A DNA stretch of 64,000 nucleotides from Cryomorphaceae bacterium. Its GTDB lineage: Bacteria > Pseudomonadota > Gammaproteobacteria > Arenicellales > Arenicellaceae. Below the pieces are notes generated by a model, which made no database searches, was not told the origin of the DNA, and saw only the letters and a program-made list of their open reading frames with translations. The position numbers and the translations under genes were made by a program. The stretch's first letter is position 1; each line of letters starts with the position of its first letter. Positions 8,548 to 18,751 of this stretch are shown here, one piece after another. The stretch spans positions 675 through 64,674 of the forward strand of contig JBLHME010000002.1 in the NCBI GenBank assembly GCA_047623225.1. Reading direction: 5' to 3'.

Positions 8548-9972
8548 TTAGCCTTTGAAGCCAAAGAGTTGATTATCAATAATACTTTTAGTCACACGTG
8601 CTGGGAGCTTTTGTTCCCAATCTCCACGACCCTTCGGTAGTTCCTTTACAATTTCACGCGCGGAGATTTCCAAGTTGCGCACATCTTCTATATCAGCTGA
8701 CACCATCGCTCGGTTATGCACTAGATGTTTTAGTAAAAATCTTAAGTCATCGCTCACATCAACATTGTCGAGTGATATTAATTTACCATCGCGAATGGTT
8801 GGATAAACGTAAACATTGGTGTTATCAGAGAACAATTTCCCGAAGGCCTCCAAAATACCGCCTTCTAGGCCTTCATAATACTTTTCAGCAAAAAGATAAT
8901 CAAAGTCCAACACGCTGAGCATGATGCCAATTCGATTTTGTGTATAGCGTCGAATCCAAGAACGTAATCTGAAAAAACGCAGATAATCAGAAATTAGCAC
9001 AGAGAAGCCCTGCTGGTTTAGCAGATCGACCCGAGCGAGAAAATCCGAATCCGTGTCGCTGGATTGATCATCTCCATAAAGCTCATTGAGCGTGATTTCA
9101 GCCACCACCAATATTTCTCCCTGCTCAACACCCTCTTCCTGCAAAAAGTGCTTCTTGGCTGAATTCATCATGTCTATATGAACTTTCGTGGGTGGCTTAA
9201 ACGAACCACGAATAACAATAGTATCTTTTTTACGCAGCGCCGATGCAGGCACTATGGATTGACCACCTGGCTCAAACATGACCGCACGACAGGCCCAACT
9301 ATGAATCAAATGAAGATTCATTAAGCGATTCTCAACGTGCGCAAAATCTGGACCGGCAAAATGAATCAAATCGATTTCGATTCGGCGATCATGGCCCATG
9401 CCATCTTGTAGTGTGTCGATGATTTTCTTAGGGTCATCGGCGTGATGATAAGCCGCATACACTAAGTTGGTACCCAAAATCCCCAGCGCTTCTGATTGCT
9501 CGCGATTACTGTCATCCAACATTCGAACGTGCAGAATTATCTCGCTGGGCGCTTTCCCAGGTTGCAACTGCCGCTTAACTCCAACCCAGCCGTGGCATTC
9601 ATTTTTTTGACTATAACTTCTAGCCGTAACCGTGGCGGCATAGGCAAAATAGCGCGTACCTAAACCCCGTGTTCCTGCCAGCCGTTCGATCAGTAAGTCG
9701 TATTCCTGCAGCATCATTTGCTCACAGCGCTCTTGGCTTACATAGCGGCCGGCTTTGCCATACACATCGTCGCTGACTTTCATATCGTAGGCCGACATGG
9801 TTTTCGCGATGGTGCCAGCCGCCGCACCGGCGGTAAAGAATTGTCGAGCTGTTTCCTGACCCGCACCAATCTCAACCACCGTTCCGTAGATCGTATTGTC
9901 GAGGTTGATCTCCAGAGCCTTCTCTTGGGTCAGCTTTAAGTTAAGCCTGTTCTCAGTGTTGTGTTTGTTCAT
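8548..9972 (-). CDS. Conserved protein with CinA/PncC-like N-terminus and HIGH-type nucleotidyltransferase-like C-terminus; function unknown
   Basis: 474-aa soluble ORF; EIGAGQE...SAYDM..SD..YG...RYVS N-terminal motifs; RGSFKPPTKVH resembles the GSFxPxHxGH motif of NMN adenylyltransferases. Confidence 0.6.
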   Translation of the reverse strand: MNKHNTENRLNLKLTQEKALEINLDNTIYGTVVEIGAGQETARQFFTAGAAAGTIAKTMSAYDMKVSDDVYGKAGRYVSQERCEQMMLQEYDLLIERLAGTRGLGTRYFAYAATVTARSYSQKNECHGWVGVKRQLQPGKAPSEIILHVRMLDDSNREQSEALGILGTNLVYAAYHHADDPKKIIDTLQDGMGHDRRIEIDLIHFAGPDFAHVENRLMNLHLIHSWACRAVMFEPGGQSIVPASALRKKDTIVIRGSFKPPTKVHIDMMNSAKKHFLQEEGVEQGEILVVAEITLNELYGDDQSSDTDSDFLARVDLLNQQGFSVLISDYLRFFRLRSWIRRYTQNRIGIMLSVLDFDYLFAEKYYEGLEGGILEAFGKLFSDNTNVYVYPTIRDGKLISLDNVDVSDDLRFLLKHLVHNRAMVSADIEDVRNLEISAREIVKELPKGRGDWEQKLPARVTKSIIDNQLFGFKG

Positions 9973-10037
9973 TTAGGCGGGCATTCCAGATATAACTCAT
10001 AAGGGGTTAATTTAAATAGCGCGTGCGGCTTGAGCTG

Positions 10038-10517
10038 CTATTGATCAGATGAACTCAATAGCACCACTGCATGAGCTTCGATGCCTTCTTGGCGGCCTAC
10101 AAAACCAAGTTTCTCTGTGGTCGTTGCTTTAATATTTATTTGTTCTACCGAGCATTTCAAATCTTGTGCAAGGTTAGCTCGCATCTGGGCTAGATGCGGC
10201 ATTAGCTTGGGAGCCTGCGCGACAATCGTTGTATCAAGATTGCCAACTACCAGCTGTTGCTCCTGCATTAAGGCAAATACGCTGCGCAATAAGACTCGGC
10301 TATCAGCACCAGAATATTGAGCATCGCTGTCGGGGAAGTGTTGACCTATATCGCCAAGGCCTAAAGCCCCCAAAATAGCATCACACACACTGTGCAATAA
10401 AACATCGGCATCCGAATGCCCAAGCAGGCCAAGAGTGTGCGGTATTTCCACGCCACCAAGTATTAGTTTGCGCTCCAGCACCAATTGGTGCACGTCGTAG
10501 CCATGACCTATTCTCAT
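10038..10517 (-). CDS. ispF: 2-C-methyl-D-erythritol 2,4-cyclodiphosphate synthase
   Basis: [39 protein letters not shown]. Confidence 0.98.
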   Translation of the reverse strand: MRIGHGYDVHQLVLERKLILGGVEIPHTLGLLGHSDADVLLHSVCDAILGALGLGDIGQHFPDSDAQYSGADSRVLLRSVFALMQEQQLVVGNLDTTIVAQAPKLMPHLAQMRANLAQDLKCSVEQINIKATTTEKLGFVGRQEGIEAHAVVLLSSSDQ

Positions 10518-10768
10518 TTAAATTCGCTGCTTTCCATTTTGATTGCAGCAGCCCCAGAATCAACAGGCGCACTGCCTTTAGGAGCACCCTCAGAGAGATC
10601 AGTGAGTTCATCGCCAGTGACAACATCCACCGCCGCACCAACGATCTTAAACGGAATTTTGACCACCTCGATTGTGGTATCAACCACTGCACCGATTACA
10701 GTGCCAATGCACGCGCTAAGTACAAATAAGATTGGCAATAATAGGAGCAAACGTAACTTTTTAATCAT
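10514..10768 (-). CDS. Small lipoprotein of unknown function
   Basis: [20 protein letters not shown] lipobox; lies between ispD and ispF with stop/start overlap; ATG at 10768 chosen over the longer ORF start. Confidence 0.75.
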   Translation of the reverse strand: MIKKLRLLLLLPILFVLSACIGTVIGAVVDTTIEVVKIPFKIVGAAVDVVTGDELTDLSEGAPKGSAPVDSGAAAIKMESSEFK

Positions 10769-10836
10769 CGCAACACCCACAAATTTTAGCGCTATAGGAG
10801 TGCGCATTGTAACGCTTTTAAATGCCTAATACAGGT

Positions 10837-11529
10837 TTAAGAATCAAGAAGAAACTGAGCGAGAGCGAGGTCCTGCGCAGTGGTGATCTTGATGTTTCGC
10901 GAATCTCCAACGATCAAACTGACTGCGTGGCCATGAAATTCCATGGCTGATGCTTCGTCAGTTATGGGGGCATTCTTATCAATCGCTTCTCTTAAGGCTG
11001 CTAATAGCAGCCCGTGACGAAACATTTGCGGAGTTTGCGCTTGCCAAATCATCGATCGGTCTAGAGTTTTAGAAATTTTCGGCTCTCCCTCTTCTGTTGC
11101 ATACTTAAGAGTATCTTTGCAGGGCATGGCCAAAATTCCGCCAATAGATTGACCCTTCAATTGCTCGATAAATCCAAGTAAATCTTCGGCGCTTAAACAC
11201 GGCCTAGCGGCATCATGAACCAATACCCAATCATCTGGACTGGCGATTTTTGCAAGCGCAGCAAGACCGTTAAAGACACTTTGCGCCCGAGTCTCACCAC
11301 CAACAACCTGCATCACATCAATATCTAGGCTGTGCCACATATTGTCATCTGCGGCGGTGCACAAAATTATTTTTTCTATCTGCGAACAAGCATTGAGCAA
11401 AGCAATCGTATGCTCGAGTATTGTTTTGCCAGCAATCTCAAGATATTGCTTGGGGATACTCGCGCCCATTCGCTGACCCGAACCCGCTGCAGGTACTAAT
11501 GCCCAGATTTTGGCTTTAGTTACGGTCAC
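10837..11529 (-). CDS. ispD: 2-C-methyl-D-erythritol 4-phosphate cytidylyltransferase
   Basis: PAAGSGQRMG..PKQY, VLVHDAARP, AQTPQMF, NIKIT; start probably the GTG at 11529. Confidence 0.96.
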   Translation of the reverse strand: MTVTKAKIWALVPAAGSGQRMGASIPKQYLEIAGKTILEHTIALLNACSQIEKIILCTAADDNMWHSLDIDVMQVVGGETRAQSVFNGLAALAKIASPDDWVLVHDAARPCLSAEDLLGFIEQLKGQSIGGILAMPCKDTLKYATEEGEPKISKTLDRSMIWQAQTPQMFRHGLLLAALREAIDKNAPITDEASAMEFHGHAVSLIVGDSRNIKITTAQDLALAQFLLDS

Positions 11530-12043
11530 GTTCGAACCCAATAATCTGTTTTTGTAATTCATCAATCGTCAACCCCGTGATTGGCCGATTATTATCAAAT
11601 CGCACATCGGCAGCGGCATCACACAATCCTTCACGCTCACGATACAGGCGCGACAAATGGTGTTGTGGCAGCTTAACCAAACCTCGCGACTCGACGTTAC
11701 TTACCCTTCGAAGCATTGTCGCAAGGCTTATGTACAAATAGACTCTAGTGCCGGTCAAGGCCAAATGCTGCATGGCTGGAACGCTGTAGACAGCACTGCC
11801 GCCAGTGGCAATCACGGCTCCCTGAAGGTTCAGAGAATTGAGGACCTCATGCTCCGTTAGCATAAAGCGGCGCAAGCCGCGCTTATCGATAATAGATTGG
11901 ATTGGCATGTTCTCAGCTTGCCCAAGAATCAGGTCTGTGTCGACAAATTCGAGGTCAAAATACTTGGCTAGACGCTTGCCAATGGTGCTCTTGCCCGAAC
12001 CGGGCATACCGATCAACACTATATTGTGGATGCGTTTAGTCAT
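11516..12043 (-). CDS. aroK: Shikimate kinase family protein
   Basis: LIGMPGSGKSTIG P-loop, FVDTD, VIATGGS. Confidence 0.8.
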   Translation of the reverse strand: MTKRIHNIVLIGMPGSGKSTIGKRLAKYFDLEFVDTDLILGQAENMPIQSIIDKRGLRRFMLTEHEVLNSLNLQGAVIATGGSAVYSVPAMQHLALTGTRVYLYISLATMLRRVSNVESRGLVKLPQHHLSRLYREREGLCDAAADVRFDNNRPITGLTIDELQKQIIGFERDRN

Positions 12044-12062
12044 GCCTCAGTGAACCAAACTA

Positions 12063-13181
12063 TCAGCTGGCTAATTTTTCAGCTGGGATTCGTGAATCAG
12101 TAACCCAGTCTAGGTGCATTTTTTCACTTTCAAAACTATTGCCGTCTTTATCAACAAAGAACCGACCTACTGCAACCGATTCGTTGACAACACTGGCAGA
12201 GCCGATGCGCGTATATTCAAAAATGATGCTTTTAGAAATATATGCATTCTCACGAATATAGCAACCGTGGCCTATCCAAGTGGGGCCAATAATCTTGGCG
12301 CCTGCCTCAACACGTGTGCCACTGCCAATGTAAACCGGACCCTCTATCTCACAGCCGTCCCAATCAATACTGGTGTTTAAGCCAACCCAAATACCGGGTC
12401 TAACCTGTGTGCCTGGCATCGGTATAGTACGCAGGTCGCCCTGCATGATTTTTTGATTGGCCTCCCAATAATCACTAATTCGGCCGATATCTATCCAGTT
12501 AAAAGGCAAATCTATGGCATGAAATGGCAGCCCTGCCTCAACAATTTTGGGAAATAAGTCGCCCCCAATATCGTAGTTCTGATCTGACGGAATTAAATCC
12601 AAAATTTCAGGTTCAAATATATATATCCCGGTATTGACATTGTTGGACAATGCCTCATGCACCGCAGGCTTCTCCTGGAATGAAGTGATTTGGCCATTCT
12701 CATCACTGACTACCACGCCGTAATCGCATACTTGTTCAGGTTCAACCGAGAGTGTGCAAATACTCGCTACCGCTCCGCTTTTCCAATGCTGGCGAACGGC
12801 TGCGGTTAAATCTAGATCAATCAAGGCATCACCACACACGACTAAAAACGTGTCGTCAAAAAACCCACCGAACTCTTGTATTCGTTTTATACCACCAGCC
12901 GAGCCGAGAGCCATAGATTGAATCTCACCGTTTTCAATGTAACCCTCAAAGGAATAACCAATTTCAACTCCGAGCCGTTCACCGTTGCCAAAATAGTCTT
13001 CAATCTTTTCTGGTAGGTGGCTGACGTTAATCATAATTTCGTCGAATCCATGACGTTCTAATTCTTCAATTAAATACTCCATTACCGGTTTACCGATAAT
13101 GGGGATCATCGGCTTGGGCATTTCGTTGGTAAGTGGGCGCACACGTGTCCCTTTACCCGCTGCCAAAATCATTGCTTTCAT
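12063..13181 (-). CDS. NDP-sugar pyrophosphorylase of the CugP / mannose-1-phosphate guanylyltransferase type
   Basis: MKAMILAAGKGTRVRP..PKPMIPI, YSFEG, ALGSAGG, FQEKP, C-terminal hexapeptide-like region. Confidence 0.85.
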   Translation of the reverse strand: MKAMILAAGKGTRVRPLTNEMPKPMIPIIGKPVMEYLIEELERHGFDEIMINVSHLPEKIEDYFGNGERLGVEIGYSFEGYIENGEIQSMALGSAGGIKRIQEFGGFFDDTFLVVCGDALIDLDLTAAVRQHWKSGAVASICTLSVEPEQVCDYGVVVSDENGQITSFQEKPAVHEALSNNVNTGIYIFEPEILDLIPSDQNYDIGGDLFPKIVEAGLPFHAIDLPFNWIDIGRISDYWEANQKIMQGDLRTIPMPGTQVRPGIWVGLNTSIDWDGCEIEGPVYIGSGTRVEAGAKIIGPTWIGHGCYIRENAYISKSIIFEYTRIGSASVVNESVAVGRFFVDKDGNSFESEKMHLDWVTDSRIPAEKLAS

Positions 13182-13316
13182 TTATAACCTATCGTAGTAG
13201 TCAGCTCTATCCAAGGGCTGTATTTTATAGGGTTTCTAGCATCATTGCGATAATTCCGACCTAGCATCTGCGCTTTCCACAGCGTCTTGGAGCAATAGCA
13301 TAATAGCGGCAATACT

Positions 13317-14068
13317 CTACATGCCCTTGTTAGTTGGCGGCGCATTGCTTAGCCTTGGAGCGAGGTAGTTTATTATGCCGCGCAATATTGCGAGATTATC
13401 TCGCTCACCGATATCCGAACCTGGGCCGTTATTCCACATAGGTTGGCGATCAAACATCACCGCAATATGCCCTGCCCGCACTGGCTTCAATACCATTGCT
13501 GCATAGCGTGGATTACTAATTGAAATGTTCTGTGTTTTATTGACTCTGCGATCGCAGGGTATCAATACCTCAACCGCTGAATCGTTGGGGCCCACCGCGA
13601 TTGGTGATACACCTTCTCCTTCAAGAGTTAGCCCGTTAATTGCTTGAACTGAAGAGGCTGAATCACTATAAATGAGTAGGCCACCACCGCCCTCTACCCA
13701 GTTGCACAAGCAGCTTTCTCTGCAGCGCACAATATTTTTTGATGTAAACCAAAGATCATTAGGTCTTTATTGCTCAACCATGCAGAATTCAGCTGAGTCT
13801 GTTGATCATAATGCTGACTAATTGTATGCCCCGAGGATTCAACCATGTTCTGAAACATAGAAAGACCGGTGCGGCCTGTGTCGTTAAGTAACATCTGGTC
13901 GTAGGAAAAAGGCGACCCACTGGTAGCCGATGCTGCGGGAGTGAATCCGGTTTCAGAAACATCGCCATGAATATACGCTACCCTCGCAGCCATTGCTGTG
14001 CCCGCAGAGATTGTCATAAAGCCAACCGCGATGATAGAGCTAATAATTTTCAGCATAGATAAGAGCAC
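13317..14068 (-). pseudogene. Frameshifted secreted protein (two ORFs, 13694..14068 and 13317..13730)
   Basis: A signal-peptide ORF runs ...FGLHQKILCAAEKAA and continues in the adjacent frame as LCNWVEGGGGLLIYSDS; shift near 13705-13712. Confidence 0.7.
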
Positions 14069-14069
14069 T

Positions 14070-14103
14070 AAAAATGATCGGCCAGCTTGCCCAGCCGATC
14101 ATT
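14070..14103 (-). terminator. Rho-independent terminator of clpB
   Basis: Minus strand AATGATCGGC-tgggcaagctg-GCCGATCATT followed by a T run, about 20 nt after the clpB stop. Confidence 0.75.
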
Positions 14104-14124
14104 GGGTAAGATTCACCCTAGTGT

Positions 14125-16710
14125 CTAATGCTCAATCGCTTTTTGAAAGCTAAGTGTCTCATCTTTAACCGTTACCACAATCACGTCGCCGGGTAAAAAC
14201 TCGCCCGCCAATAATTTTTGCGCCAAAGGGTTCTCTATCAAAGTCTGAATGGTTCGCTTTAAAGGTCGAGCTCCGTAAACCGGGTCAAAACCAGCCTCAC
14301 CTACGACATCTAAAACCTCTTCGCTTGTGTCCAGTTTAATATCTTGCTCTAATAAACGTTTTCGCAAGATATCCACCTGTATGTTAGCGATAGCACGCAC
14401 TTGATCTCTAGCAAGTGAGTGAAACACCACGATATCGTCAACACGATTGATAAATTCTGGACGAAAATGGGCAGTGACACTTTCCATCACTTTGTCTTTC
14501 ATCGCTGCATAATCCCCTTCACTGTCGTGCACACTTTGTGAGCCTAAGTTTGAAGTCATGATGATCACACAGTTTTTAAAATCGACCGTGCGGCCTTGTC
14601 CATCAGTTAGACGGCCGTCATCCAAAACTTGCAGCAAAATATTAAACACATCCGGATGTGCTTTTTCTACTTCATCTAATAAAATAACCGAGTAAGGTTT
14701 GCGCCGAATAGCTTCTGTGAGGTAACCACCCTCCTCATAACCCACATACCCAGGAGGTGCACCAATTAATCTAGCCACCGAATGTTTCTCCATAAACTCA
14801 GACATATCAATACGCACCATTGCGTCGTCGGTATCGAATAGGAACTCGGCTAGGGCCTTGGTTAATTCTGTTTTTCCAACTCCAGTGGGACCGAGAAACA
14901 AGAACGAGCCCGAAGGTCGATTGGGGTCAGAGAGACCTGAACGCGAACGCCTAATTGCATCAGCCACCGCGCCAATCGCTTCGTTTTGGCCAATAACTCG
15001 GGAATGTAATTGTTCTTCCATCGCCAGCAGTTTTTCACGCTCGCCTTGCAACATTTTCGCAACCGGGATGCCGGTCCAATTAGCCACAACTTCGGCAATT
15101 TCTTCTTCGGTTACATTGCTGCGTAAAAGTTGATTTGGAGTGCCATCTCGCTCATTACTTTGCGCCTTTTTGAGCTGCGCTTCGAGCTCCGGGACCACCG
15201 CGTATTGCAGTTCAGACATTTTTGCCAGATCGCCAGCCCGTTGCGCCACTTCCATTTCTAGTTTGGCGGCCTCGAGTTCTTCTTTGACATGTTGCGCACC
15301 GTGCACAGCCGATTTTTCGGCTAGCCAGATTTCGTTTAATTCTTCGAACTCACGTTCCAACTCATCTAACTCGGTTTGCAAAGCTTTTAGTCGCTGCTTA
15401 GAGGCATCGTCACTCTCTTTGCGTAGCGCTTCGCGTTCGATCTTGCGCTTAATGATGCGCCGCTCCAGCTTGTCCATGGCCTCGGGTTTCGAGTCAATTT
15501 CCATGCGAATTCGGCTACCCGCTTCATCAATAAGATCGATTGCTTTGTCGGGTAGGTTTCGGTCAGTGATGTAGCGATGTGACAAAGTCGCCGCGGATAT
15601 AATCGCCGCGTCGGTAATATCCACACCGTGGTGCACTTCATATTTTTCTTTCAGACCACGCAGAATGGCAATGGTGTCATCAACACTGGGCTCATCGACC
15701 ACAATCTTTTGAAAGCGCCTCTCAAGAGCTGCGTCTTTTTCAATAAATTGCCGGTACTCATTCAAGGTGGTTGCGCCAACACAATGTAACTCGCCGCGCG
15801 CCAACGCTGGCTTTAACATATTGCCCGCATCCATCGCGCCTTCGGCCTTGCCTGCGCCAACCATGGTGTGGAGCTCATCAATAAACAAAATTATTTGGCC
15901 TTCTTGCTTGGACAAATCTTTTAACACTGCTTTAAGTCGTTCTTCGAACTCACCACGAAATTTTGCACCCGCAATCAGCGCGCCCAAATCCAGCGACAAT
16001 AAGCGTTTATTCTTTATTCCTTCTGGGACTTCGCCATTAACAATTCGTTGCGCCAAACCCTCAACAATTGCGGTTTTTCCCACGCCAGGCTGGCCAATCA
16101 ACACTGGGTTATTTTTAGTGCGGCGTTGCAGCACCTGCACGGTTCGACGAATCTCATCATCACGCCCAATCACAGGATCAAGCTTGCCTTGTTCCGCGAG
16201 CTCAGTCATATCAATGGTGTATTTCTCCAAGGCCTGTAAGGTATCTTCGGCGTTGGCATCATCGACTGCGGATCCACCGCGCACATCTTCGACCGCCTTT
16301 TCCAAGGCCTTTTTAGTGGCTCCCGCTTCACGGAGCAAGACACCGGCTTTGTCTTTATCGCGCACCAAAGCCAGTAGAAACAAATCGCTGGAGATAAAAG
16401 AATCACCTCTTTGCTGAGCCATTTTGTCCGCCACGTTAATAATTCTTGAGGTTTGTTGCGACATATGAACTTCGCCTGCTTGGCCCTGCACTTGAGGTTG
16501 CTCAGCAAGGGCCTTATTAAGCAAATCGCTCAGCGCCTTCTCGTGCACGCCAACTCGAGCTAGTAGTGGGCGTATGCTACCGCCGTCTTGTTGAAACATT
16601 GCAGATAATACGTGCACGGGCTCAATGAATTGATGGTCTTTGCCCACCGCTAAACTCTGCGCATCAGCAAGTGCCAATTGGAACTTTGATGTTAATTTAT
16701 CCATTCTCAT
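14125..16710 (-). CDS. clpB: ATP-dependent chaperone ClpB
   Basis: 861 aa; two AAA+ modules ([16 protein letters not shown]), middle coiled coil, GARPLKR. Confidence 0.98.
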   Translation of the reverse strand: MRMDKLTSKFQLALADAQSLAVGKDHQFIEPVHVLSAMFQQDGGSIRPLLARVGVHEKALSDLLNKALAEQPQVQGQAGEVHMSQQTSRIINVADKMAQQRGDSFISSDLFLLALVRDKDKAGVLLREAGATKKALEKAVEDVRGGSAVDDANAEDTLQALEKYTIDMTELAEQGKLDPVIGRDDEIRRTVQVLQRRTKNNPVLIGQPGVGKTAIVEGLAQRIVNGEVPEGIKNKRLLSLDLGALIAGAKFRGEFEERLKAVLKDLSKQEGQIILFIDELHTMVGAGKAEGAMDAGNMLKPALARGELHCVGATTLNEYRQFIEKDAALERRFQKIVVDEPSVDDTIAILRGLKEKYEVHHGVDITDAAIISAATLSHRYITDRNLPDKAIDLIDEAGSRIRMEIDSKPEAMDKLERRIIKRKIEREALRKESDDASKQRLKALQTELDELEREFEELNEIWLAEKSAVHGAQHVKEELEAAKLEMEVAQRAGDLAKMSELQYAVVPELEAQLKKAQSNERDGTPNQLLRSNVTEEEIAEVVANWTGIPVAKMLQGEREKLLAMEEQLHSRVIGQNEAIGAVADAIRRSRSGLSDPNRPSGSFLFLGPTGVGKTELTKALAEFLFDTDDAMVRIDMSEFMEKHSVARLIGAPPGYVGYEEGGYLTEAIRRKPYSVILLDEVEKAHPDVFNILLQVLDDGRLTDGQGRTVDFKNCVIIMTSNLGSQSVHDSEGDYAAMKDKVMESVTAHFRPEFINRVDDIVVFHSLARDQVRAIANIQVDILRKRLLEQDIKLDTSEEVLDVVGEAGFDPVYGARPLKRTIQTLIENPLAQKLLAGEFLPGDVIVVTVKDETLSFQKAIEH

Positions 16711-16711
16711 G

Positions 16712-16738
16712 TTTTACCTCATTTCTGGGGAGTGCCAA
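16712..16738 (-). promoter_or_regulatory. Degenerate CIRCE-like element overlapping the clpB RBS
   Basis: Minus strand TTGGCACTC-N9-GAGGTAAAA versus the CIRCE consensus TTAGCACTC-N9-GAGTGCTAA. Confidence 0.4.
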
Positions 16739-16837
16739 ACCTCAATCTATATAGCATAATATGTAAGGTAAATTACTCGTAAAACAAGGCTTTCTGATAT
16801 TCTCAACGCCAAATCGGCAATTCTTAGGGACCGCTAA

Positions 16838-17698
16838 ATGAGATACAAGTTACCACCCAGAAAAGTAATCAAAAGATTGGTTAAAGCCTGCCTTAACGAA
16901 GATATTGGTAGTGGCGACGTGACCGCACGGCTCACGCCCAAAGAAAGTGAGATCGATGGCAAAATCATAAGCCGCGAACAAGGCGTTATCTGCGGTACAG
17001 CTTGGGTCGATGAAGTATTTAGGCAAGTTGGCAAGCGGCATAAGACTGAAATTGATATTGATTGGAAAATATCGGATGGCGACACCGTCTCTGCAGATCA
17101 AACTCTATGCCGCTTCGAAGGCCTTGCACATCCTGTTCTATCCGGAGAGCGCACGGCACTGAATATTATGCAAACCCTATCGGGCACCGCAACTGTGACA
17201 AGGGTTTATGCTGATGCAATTGCGCATACCAAGGCGCGTTTACTCGATACTCGAAAAACCCTGCCTATGCTAAGAGAAGCACAAAAGTATGCCGTGTTAT
17301 GCGGCGGCGGATTGAACCACCGAATGGGCTTATACGATGGCATTATTATTAAGGAAAACCATTTACGCAGCGGTAAAAGTCTAGAGCAAATTGTAGTAGA
17401 CGCGATCGCGTCTATGCCCGAAGGCAGCTTGGTTGAGTTAGAGACTGAGGACATTGAAGAACTTCAGCGCGGCGTACAAGCGGGTGCCAAGCGCATAATG
17501 TTGGATGATTTTAGTTTAAATGACATGCGCTTGGCTGTTGAACTCAGCGGCGATCAAACAGTACTTGAAGCCTCTGGCGGCGTGAACTTGGACAGCATAG
17601 TGGGAATCGCTGAAACCGGCGTTGACTATATTTCATCGGGCTCAATCACCAAACACGTAAAAGCACTCGATCTTTCAATGTTGTTTGATTATCGCTAA
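16838..17698 (+). CDS. nadC: Quinolinate phosphoribosyltransferase (nicotinate-nucleotide diphosphorylase)
   Basis: EDIGSGDVT, ERTALN, LDTRKT, NHRMGLYD..IKENH, EASGG. Confidence 0.97.
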   Translation: MRYKLPPRKVIKRLVKACLNEDIGSGDVTARLTPKESEIDGKIISREQGVICGTAWVDEVFRQVGKRHKTEIDIDWKISDGDTVSADQTLCRFEGLAHPVLSGERTALNIMQTLSGTATVTRVYADAIAHTKARLLDTRKTLPMLREAQKYAVLCGGGLNHRMGLYDGIIIKENHLRSGKSLEQIVVDAIASMPEGSLVELETEDIEELQRGVQAGAKRIMLDDFSLNDMRLAVELSGDQTVLEASGGVNLDSIVGIAETGVDYISSGSITKHVKALDLSMLFDYR

Positions 17699-18638
17699 GT
17701 TGGAAACGACGACTGTGAAATCAATTGCTGCAGCGCTCGTCAGTTTGTGCCTTGTTTTAGTCGTAACTCTCACAAAGAGTCTCGAACCGCCCATGTGGCA
17801 CATGATTAACTGCAACACCACTTCACAGGGTGATTGTCATTTATTGGAAGACAATTCAATATATACAATGATCGACGCAGGCCAACTGCAGATAGCGAGA
17901 CTAGAACTTCTACCTTATCTCAGTGAAAGAAATATTAAGAAGATAGATCACTTCTTTATTTCACACCCCCACACCGACCATTACGGCGGCTTAGAGTTGA
18001 TCGCAGAAGCAGGAATTAAAGTTAAAAATATTTACCACAGCGCGCTGCCAGCCGATGTTTCAGATTTCAATTATGAGCCCATTAAATTTCAAGCTCTGCT
18101 GTTGAAGTATGAATCGCTTGGAACAACAGTGCATAACATCAACGCTGGATTTAGCTTAGAGCTGCCAACCTCAAAAATTTATGTACTGGAAGCCAAAAAG
18201 ACACGCCAAAATGAAGTTAATGATTACTCGATAATTATGTCCTGGGACGCGGGGGGTTATAGAACTCTTTTTACCGGCGATTTAAGTCGGAATCTAGGTG
18301 CCGCGCTTGCCAAATTTGATCAATATAAGGCCGACATTCTCAAAGTTCCTCACCATGGAGTCAGCGGAATTGCACCCACTGAATTTTTTGACAATGTAGG
18401 TCCGAACCTCCTAATGTTGCCTGCCCACCAGGAGCTTTGGTATAATGCAAGGAGTTCACAGATCAGAGATTGGGCTAGCAAGAATTGGAGTATCAAACGC
18501 ACTCATGTTTGCAGCAACGGTTTTAATGGTGACGTGCGTATATCGTTTCATCAAACACACCTCGGGCTCGACCCTCAATTCCCAAACACTACCTGTCCTA
18601 AAAAAGATTGGTATATTGAGCCAAAGCCTCGCACCTGA
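17685..18638 (+). CDS. MBL-fold metallo-hydrolase, ComEC/Rec2-like, with N-terminal anchor or signal
   Basis: QGD, IDAG, SHPHTDHYGG, NDYS, LFTGD, LKVPHHG. Confidence 0.85.
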   Translation: MIIAKLETTTVKSIAAALVSLCLVLVVTLTKSLEPPMWHMINCNTTSQGDCHLLEDNSIYTMIDAGQLQIARLELLPYLSERNIKKIDHFFISHPHTDHYGGLELIAEAGIKVKNIYHSALPADVSDFNYEPIKFQALLLKYESLGTTVHNINAGFSLELPTSKIYVLEAKKTRQNEVNDYSIIMSWDAGGYRTLFTGDLSRNLGAALAKFDQYKADILKVPHHGVSGIAPTEFFDNVGPNLLMLPAHQELWYNARSSQIRDWASKNWSIKRTHVCSNGFNGDVRISFHQTHLGLDPQFPNTTCPKKDWYIEPKPRT

Positions 18639-18751
18639 TATCGCAGTACTTTCTCACTTCTATGAAGATTTAGTGAGTTGAGTATGACAATGTTATCAGT
18701 TTAAACAGCACCCTGTGTCACCAATCAAGAACTCGGACTTAGAGGAACGCG

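Noticed and set aside
8548-9972. TonB-dependent receptor label recalled for this family
   Set aside because: No signal peptide, no amphipathic beta-strand pattern, and too short for a plug plus 22-strand barrel.
14858-16508. Long antisense ORFs (up to 216 aa) opposite clpB, and similar ones opposite rne, recJ, hisD and murA
   Set aside because: Typical antisense shadows of conserved genes, with no RBS or recognisable motifs.
17685-18638. ComEC-like MBL protein as a competence or anti-phage system
   Set aside because: It lacks the ComEC membrane channel domain and has no neighbouring competence or defence genes; a stand-alone exported hydrolase is the simpler reading.
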